In this document: one piece after another, positions 28,385 to 35,306 of the stretch | Layout of the letters: each line of letters opens with the position of its first letter | Position numbering within the stretch: position 1 is the stretch's first letter | Assembly (NCBI GenBank): GCA_963642145.1 | Contig: CAVIFU010000001.1 | Span: 69,129-133,128, forward strand | DNA from: Ruminococcus bicirculans (ex Wegman et al. 2014) | Lineage (GTDB): Bacteria > Bacillota > Clostridia > Christensenellales > DTU072 | Length of the DNA: 64,000 nt | Direction of reading: 5' to 3' | Made by a program: the position numbers and the translations under genes | Notes under the pieces: generated by a model | Database searches by the model: none | What the model was told of the DNA's origin: nothing | Seen by the model: the letters and a program-made list of their open reading frames with translations, nothing else

Positions 28385-29437
28385 TTATTTCTCTAATATT
28401 ATCAATTGTTTGGGAGAATTTGTCAAGTTATCCACCCTATTTTTTCTAAAAACAACTATATCTTCTATTCTAACGCCGTATTTTCCCTCGATATAGGCGC
28501 CGGGTTCCACACTTGTGACCGCTCCGGCGGGTATTTTTGCCGTCGAACGAGGACTCATGCCGGGCGCTTCGTGTATATCGACTCCGAGAGAATGACCCAA
28601 AGAATGAGTGAAGTACTCGCCGTAACCGCGTTCTTTCAAAACGTTGCGCGCGATGGCGTCGCCTTCCGTTCCGGTCATTCCGGCGTGCAATTGTTCAAGA
28701 GCTGCGGTTTGCGCGGCAAGAACGGCGTCATACAAATCCGCATATCCTTCCGGAGGATTGCCTATTGCAAAACTGCGCGTCATATCGGAACAATATCCCG
28801 CATATTTCGCGCCGAAATCGACGGTAACGACATCGTCTTTTTTAAGTTTATTTTGGGACGGATGCGCATGGGGACGAGATGTGTTTTGTCCGAACGCGAC
28901 AATCGTATCGAACGCAAGCGTGCATCCTCTTGCATATATGGCGGAATTCATGAAAGAAGCGACGTCGAGTTCGGTCATACCGGGACGTATATAGTCTAAC
29001 AGCATGGAAAAGACCTCATCCGTAACGGCTTGGGCTTTCTTTATGGCGGCAACTTCCTTTTTGTTCTTTACGGAACGCGCTTTCAGAATGTAATTTTCGG
29101 CTTTTTTGAGCTTAAATTTATAGTCGCCTGCGCGCAACGCAAGATAATCTTTGTGCAAAATGTGGTTGTCTTCGTAGCCTATGCTCTGTACACCCAGTTC
29201 TTTTGCGATATTCTTCGCGGTTGTCAGGTATCCGTCGGAGCCGCAATCAACTACTTCGAAATCGGGTAATAATTCGCGTGCTTCTTCCGTAATACGCTTA
29301 TCGGATACGTAATATTTTTTGTCTGCTGTTATCAATATAACGGCGTCATCGTTGGCGTATCCCGTGTAATAGAACAAATTCGACGGAGTTAAAATAATCA
29401 GGGCGTCGATCCCTCTTGCTAATTTCTTCATACGCAT
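28385..29437 (-). CDS. M24-family Xaa-Pro aminopeptidase
   Basis: 350 aa. Metal-site motifs DFGAKYAGYCSDMTR, HSLGHSLGVDIHE and EPG.Y. Corresponds to yqhT upstream of efp in Bacillus. Confidence 0.88.
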   Translation of the reverse strand: MRMKKLARGIDALIILTPSNLFYYTGYANDDAVILITADKKYYVSDKRITEEARELLPDFEVVDCGSDGYLTTAKNIAKELGVQSIGYEDNHILHKDYLALRAGDYKFKLKKAENYILKARSVKNKKEVAAIKKAQAVTDEVFSMLLDYIRPGMTELDVASFMNSAIYARGCTLAFDTIVAFGQNTSRPHAHPSQNKLKKDDVVTVDFGAKYAGYCSDMTRSFAIGNPPEGYADLYDAVLAAQTAALEQLHAGMTGTEGDAIARNVLKERGYGEYFTHSLGHSLGVDIHEAPGMSPRSTAKIPAGAVTSVEPGAYIEGKYGVRIEDIVVFRKNRVDNLTNSPKQLIILEK

Positions 29438-29480
29438 ATTATATACGCGTAAGCGTTACAAGTCAATAGAACACGCTCAG

Positions 29481-29840
29481 TTATTTACTTTTCGGCGTTG
29501 CGATGAGCCCTACGACAAAGCTTATGAATATAACTCCGGCAATACCTGCGCTCACGGCTTCTATTCCGCCGGTGACGGCTCCGAGTAAACCGTTGCGTAG
29601 CGCGCCTTGTATCGCACCTTTTGCGAGGTTGCTCCCGAAGCCTACGATCGGCACCGTCGCGCCGGCTTTGCCGAATTCCTCCACGTACTTATAAACGCCT
29701 ATCGTTTCCGCAATAACGCCGACAAGTAGATACGATACGAGTATTCTTGCCGAGGTAACCTTGGTGCAATTAATGAATATTTGCCCTATCATACATATTA
29801 TACCGCCGACCAAAAATACTTTCAAATAATCCAAAATCAT
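29481..29840 (-). CDS. spoVAE: stage V sporulation protein AE (SpoVAEB-type)
   Basis: 119 aa, 3-4 TM, GFGSNLAKGA motif. Follows spoVAD. Confidence 0.82.
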   Translation of the reverse strand: MILDYLKVFLVGGIICMIGQIFINCTKVTSARILVSYLLVGVIAETIGVYKYVEEFGKAGATVPIVGFGSNLAKGAIQGALRNGLLGAVTGGIEAVSAGIAGVIFISFVVGLIATPKSK

Positions 29841-29841
29841 A

Positions 29842-30840
29842 TTATTCCCTCACAAAACTTATCGCATGCGCTATTCCGGGGATACTTTCTCCTTGCAGAG
29901 AGCTTGTTTTGGACACAAGCGCGCCGGTAGGTATCAGCAAAACTCTGTTGAGTTCGCCTGCAAGCATTTTCTTATAGATGTATCCGTTAAAGACAGTACT
30001 CGAACAAGCCGCACCGCTACCGCCCTGACCGACGTCTTGCGCAGCGCGATTGAATAGAATTATCCCGCAATCGGAGTAATTATTGGTTATATTCACGCCT
30101 TTATCCTTCATCAGAATAGTCAACAACCTATGCCCCGCTTCGCCCAAATCGCCGGTTGCGATCAAGTCATAGTAGTCTACGTCCCTCTTTGTCCCTTCCA
30201 AGTGCGCAAGCAACGTTTCTCTTGCCGCCGGCGCCATTGCCGCGCCCATGTCATTCACATCGGTTACGCCGTAATCTACGACTTTTCCTATCGTTGCGCA
30301 ATCAATGCTTACGGATCCGTTCTTTTTATTCAGCAACGTCGCGCCGACTCCGGTTGCCGTCCACTGCGATAGCGGAGTCCTTTGATTGCCGAGTTCGAGC
30401 GGAAAGCGATATTGCCTTTCGGCAGTACAAAAATGACTTGACGTTGAGCAAATTATACGTTCGAAGTTCCCGCTATCCAAAAGGCACGAAGCGAGTATCA
30501 TACTTTCGGCAAACGTCGCGCAAGCGTTATACACTCCCATAAACGGTATGTCGAATTCTCGCATTGTAAAATTGCAACCCGCGATTTCATCGAGTAAATC
30601 TCCGCAAATGCAAAGATCTATGTCGGATTCCGTCAATCCCGTTTTATTCAGTAAATATCGTATAGTCGATATATGCAGGCGCGTTTCCGCCCTCTCGTGG
30701 CTTTTCTGTCCGAGCAAGTCGTCTTTTGCCGTTTTGTCGAAATACTTGGCTATCGGACCGTCTGCTTCTTTGGGGCCTACAATCGTTGCCGTATCTTCTA
30801 TCAAAATTTTGTTTTTGAAATAGATCGTTTGGTTTCTCAT
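29842..30840 (-). CDS. spoVAD: stage V sporulation protein AD
   Basis: Thiolase-fold-like protein. Start moved to M36 (MRNQTIYFKN). Its ATG overlaps the spoVAC stop by 1 nt (TGATG). Confidence 0.85.
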   Translation of the reverse strand: MRNQTIYFKNKILIEDTATIVGPKEADGPIAKYFDKTAKDDLLGQKSHERAETRLHISTIRYLLNKTGLTESDIDLCICGDLLDEIAGCNFTMREFDIPFMGVYNACATFAESMILASCLLDSGNFERIICSTSSHFCTAERQYRFPLELGNQRTPLSQWTATGVGATLLNKKNGSVSIDCATIGKVVDYGVTDVNDMGAAMAPAARETLLAHLEGTKRDVDYYDLIATGDLGEAGHRLLTILMKDKGVNITNNYSDCGIILFNRAAQDVGQGGSGAACSSTVFNGYIYKKMLAGELNRVLLIPTGALVSKTSSLQGESIPGIAHAISFVRE

Positions 30841-31295
30841 CAGACAAACGCTCCTCTGAATATCATTACAATGATACCCACGACTATCGATGACGATATT
30901 CCGAAAACTATCACGGGACCGGCAACGGTAAACATGTTGGCGCAAAGCCCCAAAACCACGCCTTCACGTTTATGCTCTATCGCCGGCGACACCACGGAGT
31001 TCGCAAATCCCGTTATCGGCACGATTGAACCGGCACCGGCGTATGCACCTATCTTGTCGTACACTCCGAATCCTGTCAAAATTGCGGTTATCAAGATTAA
31101 AGTCAACGTCGTTAGCGCGGAAATGTCTTCTTTTGCCCAAGTCTTAAACAGCGCGGTATAACCGTCGTTAATGCCTTGTCCGATACAACAAATCAGCCCT
31201 CCGACCCAAAAGGCTCTGAACATCGTAAGCAAATGCTTGGACTTGGGCATTTTTTCTTTGATGAGCTTCAAATACGCGTCGTTAGGAGCGTTCAT
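30840..31295 (-). CDS. spoVAC: stage V sporulation protein AC
   Basis: 151 aa, 4-TM, motif GAGSIVPITGFANS. RBS AAGGAGG. Confidence 0.85.
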   Translation of the reverse strand: MNAPNDAYLKLIKEKMPKSKHLLTMFRAFWVGGLICCIGQGINDGYTALFKTWAKEDISALTTLTLILITAILTGFGVYDKIGAYAGAGSIVPITGFANSVVSPAIEHKREGVVLGLCANMFTVAGPVIVFGISSSIVVGIIVMIFRGAFV

Positions 31296-31411
31296 CTCTT
31301 TTTTCCTCCTTGTCTTTGACGGGAGGCATATAAATTTCGGATTTTACTTTTTTAACTCTCTTCACGGAAAACACCTCATAAATGATTTTCCGCAATAGTC
31401 AAATATTTATA

Positions 31412-32125
31412 CTATGTCAGAGATTCTTTTAATTTAGCGAGTATTTTCGCTTCTATTCTGGAAACTTGGACTTGGCTTACGCCGAGCTCTTCGGCAACTT
31501 CGCTTTGAGTTTTATCTCTGAAATAGCGTAACATTATTATCTTTTTTTCGCGTTCCGGGAGTTTGGATATGAGGTCCTTTATCAAACGCGAATCGAGAGC
31601 GTCGTCAATATCCGTGTTATCGGCGATTTTATCAACAAGAGTCAGTCCTTCGTCTTCGGTTTCGGCGTATATCGATACGGGATAGCGCGTACTGTCCAAT
31701 ATAAATACAAGCTCCGCCGTATCCAAACCGAACTTATCGGCAATATCTTCCGTTTTTGGGGAATCTCCGTATACGTTGCGATATTCATCGATGTACTTAT
31801 TGATTTCCAATGCTTTTGCTTTGACGGAGCGTGAAACTTTAATAGCGCCGTCATCGCGAATAAACCGCTTAATCTCTCCGGCAATCATAGGAACTGCGTA
31901 TGTGGAAAATCTTACGCCAAACGCCGTGTCGAAATTATTTATAGCCTTAACCAAGCCGAGCGTTCCGAGTTCGATCAAATCATCATACTCAATGAGCTTG
32001 TTTTTATAGCGTCGCACGATGCTTTTTATAAGCGGCGTGTTGTCTATTACCAACTCAGTCTTGGCTTGCATATCCCCGTTTTGGGCAGATATGATTTTTT
32101 TGTTAATTTCTTCCGTACTCAGCAT
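31412..32125 (-). CDS. sigF: sporulation sigma factor SigF
   Basis: 237 aa sigma-70 family with regions 2-4 (region 4.2 HTH: SQSEVAEELGVSQVQVSRIE). Directly follows spoIIAA-spoIIAB. Confidence 0.9.
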   Translation of the reverse strand: MLSTEEINKKIISAQNGDMQAKTELVIDNTPLIKSIVRRYKNKLIEYDDLIELGTLGLVKAINNFDTAFGVRFSTYAVPMIAGEIKRFIRDDGAIKVSRSVKAKALEINKYIDEYRNVYGDSPKTEDIADKFGLDTAELVFILDSTRYPVSIYAETEDEGLTLVDKIADNTDIDDALDSRLIKDLISKLPEREKKIIMLRYFRDKTQSEVAEELGVSQVQVSRIEAKILAKLKESLT

Positions 32126-32544
32126 TATTTGCTCAGTTTTTTGGTCATAATGACGGTTGTGCCCTCGTTCGGGTAGGACTTGACTTCAAGCGAATCCATA
32201 AAGCTTTTCATGATGGTAAATCCCAAACCGCTGCGTTCCTCATCGGCTTTCGTGGTATAGAAATCCTTCATCGCTTCCTCGACATTGGGAATACCCGTTC
32301 CGGAATCCGATATTCTTAGATCCAAAACGTTCCCGACAATCTCGGCATAAACGTCTATTATTCCGGCGGGATCGTTTGCGTATCCGTGCACTATGCAATT
32401 GGTTACGGCTTCGCTTACCGCCGTTTTCACATCGGAAATGACATCTAACGACGGATTTCTACGCGCACAATATGCGCCAACCGCGCAACGCAGAAAGCTT
32501 TCGTTGGACGCAAGTGCGTTTACTTTAATGCTTAATGTATCCAT
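32125..32544 (-). CDS. spoIIAB: anti-sigma F factor (serine kinase SpoIIAB)
   Basis: 139 aa GHKL ATPase fold (EAVTNCIVHGY; DSGTGI; GLGFT). 1-nt overlap with sigF. Confidence 0.9.
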   Translation of the reverse strand: MDTLSIKVNALASNESFLRCAVGAYCARRNPSLDVISDVKTAVSEAVTNCIVHGYANDPAGIIDVYAEIVGNVLDLRISDSGTGIPNVEEAMKDFYTTKADEERSGLGFTIMKSFMDSLEVKSYPNEGTTVIMTKKLSK

Positions 32545-32546
32545 TT

Positions 32547-32855
32547 TTACCTCTTTAACGTAGCAATAATCGTGTATAAACCGCTGACTTTGAGTACTTT
32601 GTCTGCTATGGGAGAAGGATCTTTGAAGTAGACAGCCACGTCTCGCGTTTTGAGGAGCTTATAACGGCCCAAAATCAAACCGACCGCGGTGCTGTCCATA
32701 AAAGACACTTCGCTCAAATCGAAGACAAATTTATCGTATCCGCCGTTCTTAATCAAGCTATCCACGGCAACGCGAAAAGACGGCGCGTTTGCGTGGTCTA
32801 TATCGCCGTCGAGCTTAACTGTCAGCGTGCCTTGATTCAGTTTATAACGTAACAT
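32547..32855 (-). CDS. spoIIAA: anti-sigma F factor antagonist (STAS protein SpoIIAA)
   Basis: 102 aa STAS domain with the phosphorylatable-Ser context FMDSTAVG. Confidence 0.88.
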   Translation of the reverse strand: MLRYKLNQGTLTVKLDGDIDHANAPSFRVAVDSLIKNGGYDKFVFDLSEVSFMDSTAVGLILGRYKLLKTRDVAVYFKDPSPIADKVLKVSGLYTIIATLKR

Positions 32856-32996
32856 TTGTTTACCTCCGTCGGATCAAAAACATTGTACATCATATTTTTT
32901 GTCGTATTTTAATTAAACATTAATAAAAATGACATAAAATGTAGACAAATAAAATAAGCAAATGTTATTCAAATTGTAGCCTGTATCCGCGATATT

Positions 32997-33005
32997 TGAT
33001 ATAAT
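32997..33005 (+). promoter_or_regulatory. extended -10 promoter element for the protease gene
   Basis: TGaTATAAT lies 31 nt upstream of the ATG. The -35 is poor (TTGTAG at 20-nt spacing). Confidence 0.4.
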
Positions 33006-33035
33006 GTTTACATAAACTAACTTGGAGATACGGAT

Positions 33036-34349
33036 ATGTCTAAGAAAAGAAGTTTAACCGCAATAATTATAGTTTTGGCGTTATGCGTATGCATGACTTT
33101 GGCTCTGAGCGGTTGCATCGTCACCAATGTTCCCACCGTCAACAGCGACGGCAACAAAACATCGAGCACGAGCACCACAACCACCACAGCGCCCACTACG
33201 CGCAACAATTACACCGTGGAGGTAAATACCGCTACGTCTACGGCAGAGCCGACATCATTGGTTGAAACGGTAAGCAATATACAAAAATCCGTCGTAATCA
33301 TCAGCGCCGTTACCGAGAGCGGAACGAGTTTGGGTTCCGGCGTTTTGTACGGAAGAGTCAAAGATTCCTCTACCGGCGAATATGTTGACGCAACGATGGT
33401 TATTACATGTTGTCACGTAGTGGACGGCGCAAGCGAAATTAAAGTTACGCTCAATGACGGCGACACAGACGAAACAAACGACGTAACTCTTTCGGCAACT
33501 TTAATCGGTATGGACGATGAAAGCGATATCGCAATACTCCAAATCGACGGCGACTATTCCGAATATTCAGCCACAATTCGCGACACATCCGCAAGTCCCA
33601 TTCGTTTGGCGGAAACCGTAATAGCCATCGGCAATCCTTTGGGACAAGGCATAAGCGTTACGACCGGCATCATTAGCGGAGTTTCCAAAACGATCAACAT
33701 GGACGGCGTAAATATGTCGCTACTGCAAACCGACGCCGCAATAAACAAAGGTAACTCGGGCGGCGCGTTGTTCGACGAAAGCGGACTCCTTATAGGCATC
33801 GTCAACGCAAAATCGAGCGGCGACACCGTAGAAGGCATCGGCTATGCAATCCACATCGAAGACGCCGTAAGCGTAGGCAATTCTATAATAACCACATCCG
33901 GAAACGACCAATACAACGGGCTCGGATATGTAGAAGGTAAAATAAGACTCGGCGTAGTGGTAAGCGCATTGACAAAAGAAAATGTACAGAGCACATTCAG
34001 CAATATCCCTACTTTACCGGGCGATAACGAATACTTCTATTACATTTCCCCTAATTACGACATAAACGCATACGGAAGCGTAGCTTTGTCGGAGAACGCG
34101 AGTAAAGTCGCCCAAGGCATGCTTATCACGGCGGTAACGTACACGAAAGACGGCACGCAAACGACGGTTAAATTCACATCGACGTCAACTTTGCAAGATA
34201 CTCTCAAAACGCTTTCCGTCGGCGATGTAATTACACTGCAACTGATAACGCCAAGCACAAGAGGATTTATGGGCTCACAAGGATACACTTACACTACTTC
34301 TTCCGTGGACATCACATTGCGTCAATACGTATACGGCTACAAAGGCTAA
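33036..34349 (+). CDS. S1C (HtrA/DegP-like) trypsin-type serine protease lipoprotein
   Basis: 437 aa. Lipobox LSGC. Thr-rich linker. Catalytic triad contexts TCCHVV, SDIAILQI and GNSGGALF. PDZ-like C-terminal region. Confidence 0.82.
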   Translation: MSKKRSLTAIIIVLALCVCMTLALSGCIVTNVPTVNSDGNKTSSTSTTTTTAPTTRNNYTVEVNTATSTAEPTSLVETVSNIQKSVVIISAVTESGTSLGSGVLYGRVKDSSTGEYVDATMVITCCHVVDGASEIKVTLNDGDTDETNDVTLSATLIGMDDESDIAILQIDGDYSEYSATIRDTSASPIRLAETVIAIGNPLGQGISVTTGIISGVSKTINMDGVNMSLLQTDAAINKGNSGGALFDESGLLIGIVNAKSSGDTVEGIGYAIHIEDAVSVGNSIITTSGNDQYNGLGYVEGKIRLGVVVSALTKENVQSTFSNIPTLPGDNEYFYYISPNYDINAYGSVALSENASKVAQGMLITAVTYTKDGTQTTVKFTSTSTLQDTLKTLSVGDVITLQLITPSTRGFMGSQGYTYTTSSVDITLRQYVYGYKG

Positions 34350-34378
34350 TATCGTTGAAGCAAAGAATATATAAGCAA

Positions 34379-34405
34379 AGCGCTCGTGCAAACGGGCGCT
34401 TTTTT
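34379..34405 (+). terminator. rho-independent terminator after the protease gene
   Basis: AGCGCTCG-tgcaaa-CGGGCGCT followed by TTTTT. Confidence 0.7.
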
Positions 34406-34459
34406 GTCGGTTTATTGTACGGGAATCAACGTTTACAAATGGTTTATAAATGGAAAAAA

Positions 34460-34495
34460 GGACTGCGAAACTAAGTTTCAAACAGTCCTCTTTTC
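34460..34495 (-). terminator. terminator closing the tRNA operon (usable from both strands)
   Basis: GGACTG...CAGTCC stem flanked by AAAAAA on one side and TCTTTT on the other. It lies immediately downstream of tRNA-Tyr on the minus strand. Confidence 0.55.
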
Positions 34496-34580
34496 TGGTG
34501 GGCAGGGGTGGATTCGAACCACCGAAGACGCTGTCGGCAGATTTACAGTCTGCTCCATTTGGCCGCTCTGGAACCTACCC
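34496..34580 (-). tRNA. tRNA-Tyr (GTA)
   Basis: 85 nt. Acceptor GGGTAGG/CCTGCCC, anticodon arm GCAGA-CTGTAAA-TCTGC, long variable arm, T-arm GGTGG-TTCGAAT-CCACC, encoded CCA. Confidence 0.93.
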
Positions 34581-34594
34581 ATGTATTTTTTAAC

Positions 34595-34670
34595 TGGAGC
34601 CGGCTATCGGAATCGAACCAACAACCTGCTGATTACAAATCAGCTGCTCTGCCAGTTGAGCTAAGCCGGC
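34595..34670 (-). tRNA. tRNA-Thr (TGT)
   Basis: 76 nt. Acceptor GCCGGCT/AGCCGGC, anticodon loop TTTGTAA, encoded CCA. Confidence 0.93.
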
Positions 34671-34679
34671 ACGTGTATA

Positions 34680-34755
34680 TGGTGGCTTGGGACGGAATCG
34701 AACCATCGACACGGGGATTTTCAGTCCCCTGCTCTACCATCTGAGCTACCAAGCC
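34680..34755 (-). tRNA. tRNA-Phe (GAA)
   Basis: 76 nt. Acceptor GGCTTGG/CCAAGCC, anticodon arm GGGGA-CTGAAAA-TCCCC, encoded CCA. Confidence 0.95.
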
Positions 34756-34762
34756 AAAAAAG

Positions 34763-34839
34763 TGGCGATCCGGAAGGGAGTCGAACCCTCGACCTCTAGC
34801 GTGACAGGCTAGCGTTCTAACCAACTGAACTACCGGACC
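34763..34839 (-). tRNA. tRNA-Asp (GTC)
   Basis: 77 nt. Begins GGTCCGGTAGTTCAGTTGGTTAGAA. Anticodon arm CTAGC-CTGTCAC-GCTAG, encoded CCA. Confidence 0.95.
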
Positions 34840-34849
34840 GCATATTGTG

Positions 34850-34926
34850 TGGTGGGCCTTCACGGACTCGAACCGCGGACCAATCGGTTATGAGCCGACC
34901 GCTCTAACCAACTGAGCTAAAGGCCC
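34850..34926 (-). tRNA. tRNA with CAT anticodon (probably tRNA-Ile2/lysidine; elongator Met not excluded)
   Basis: 77 nt. Acceptor GGGCCTT/AAGGCCC with C4-G69 and C5-G68. Anticodon loop CTCATAA. Variable loop TTGGTC. Encoded CCA. Confidence 0.85.
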
Positions 34927-34954
34927 ACACATTGCGTGCATGTTATTAATGTAC

Positions 34955-35031
34955 TGGTCGGGGTGAAGAGACTTGAACTCCCGACATCTTGCTCCCAAAG
35001 CAAGCGCGCTACCAAACTGCGCCACACCCCG
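34955..35031 (-). tRNA. tRNA-Pro (TGG)
   Basis: 77 nt. Acceptor CGGGGTG/CACCCCG, anticodon arm CTTGC-TTTGGGA-GCAAG, encoded CCA. Confidence 0.95.
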
Positions 35032-35060
35032 TCGGTGCGCTCACTCATTCGCGCTCTAAT

Positions 35061-35089
35061 AATATACAATATCCGTAGGCGTATGTCAA
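35061..35089 (-). promoter_or_regulatory. sigma-A promoter of the six-tRNA operon
   Basis: Minus strand has TTGACA, a 17-nt spacer, then TATATT. The -10 ends about 30 nt upstream of tRNA-Pro. Confidence 0.7.
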
Positions 35090-35181
35090 CGAATTTTCCT
35101 AAACTTATAAAATTTTTTTGTCGCGAGCGCATACAGTCGGGACAAGTATTTTTGTAGGCTCCGAAAAATGAAACCACTCGT

Positions 35182-35216
35182 TTGCATAAGCAACAAAAAT
35201 ATGTATAATGTTGCTT
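35182..35216 (+). promoter_or_regulatory. candidate promoter P1 with flanking inverted repeat, upstream of the P-type ATPase
   Basis: TTGCAT, a 16-nt spacer, then TATAAT. The 7-bp inverted repeat AAGCAAC...GTTGCTT (35188-35194 / 35210-35216) brackets the -10. Confidence 0.5.
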
Positions 35217-35242
35217 AATATGCGCGCGCGAAAAAATAGCAC

Positions 35243-35271
35243 TTGCATTTTGCCGGTCTATGCTATATTAT
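35243..35271 (+). promoter_or_regulatory. candidate promoter P2 for the P-type ATPase
   Basis: TTGCAT, a 17-nt spacer, then TATTAT. It lies about 35 nt upstream of the ATG at 35307. Confidence 0.5.
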
Positions 35272-35306
35272 ACTATTGTGGGTCAAATCGACTCGTGAGG
35301 ATGAAG

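Noticed and set aside
28428-28436. DnaA-box-like TTATCCACC.
   Set aside because: It is a single, one-mismatch, intragenic copy inside the aminopeptidase gene. There is no cluster, no AT-rich unwinding element and no dnaA/dnaN context, so it is not an origin.
32856-33035. Spo0A boxes or a sigma-H promoter in the spoIIAA / protease divergent region.
   Set aside because: There is only one near-match to TGNCGAA (TGTCGTA), and no RnAGGAwWW...GAAT sigma-H pattern that I could see.
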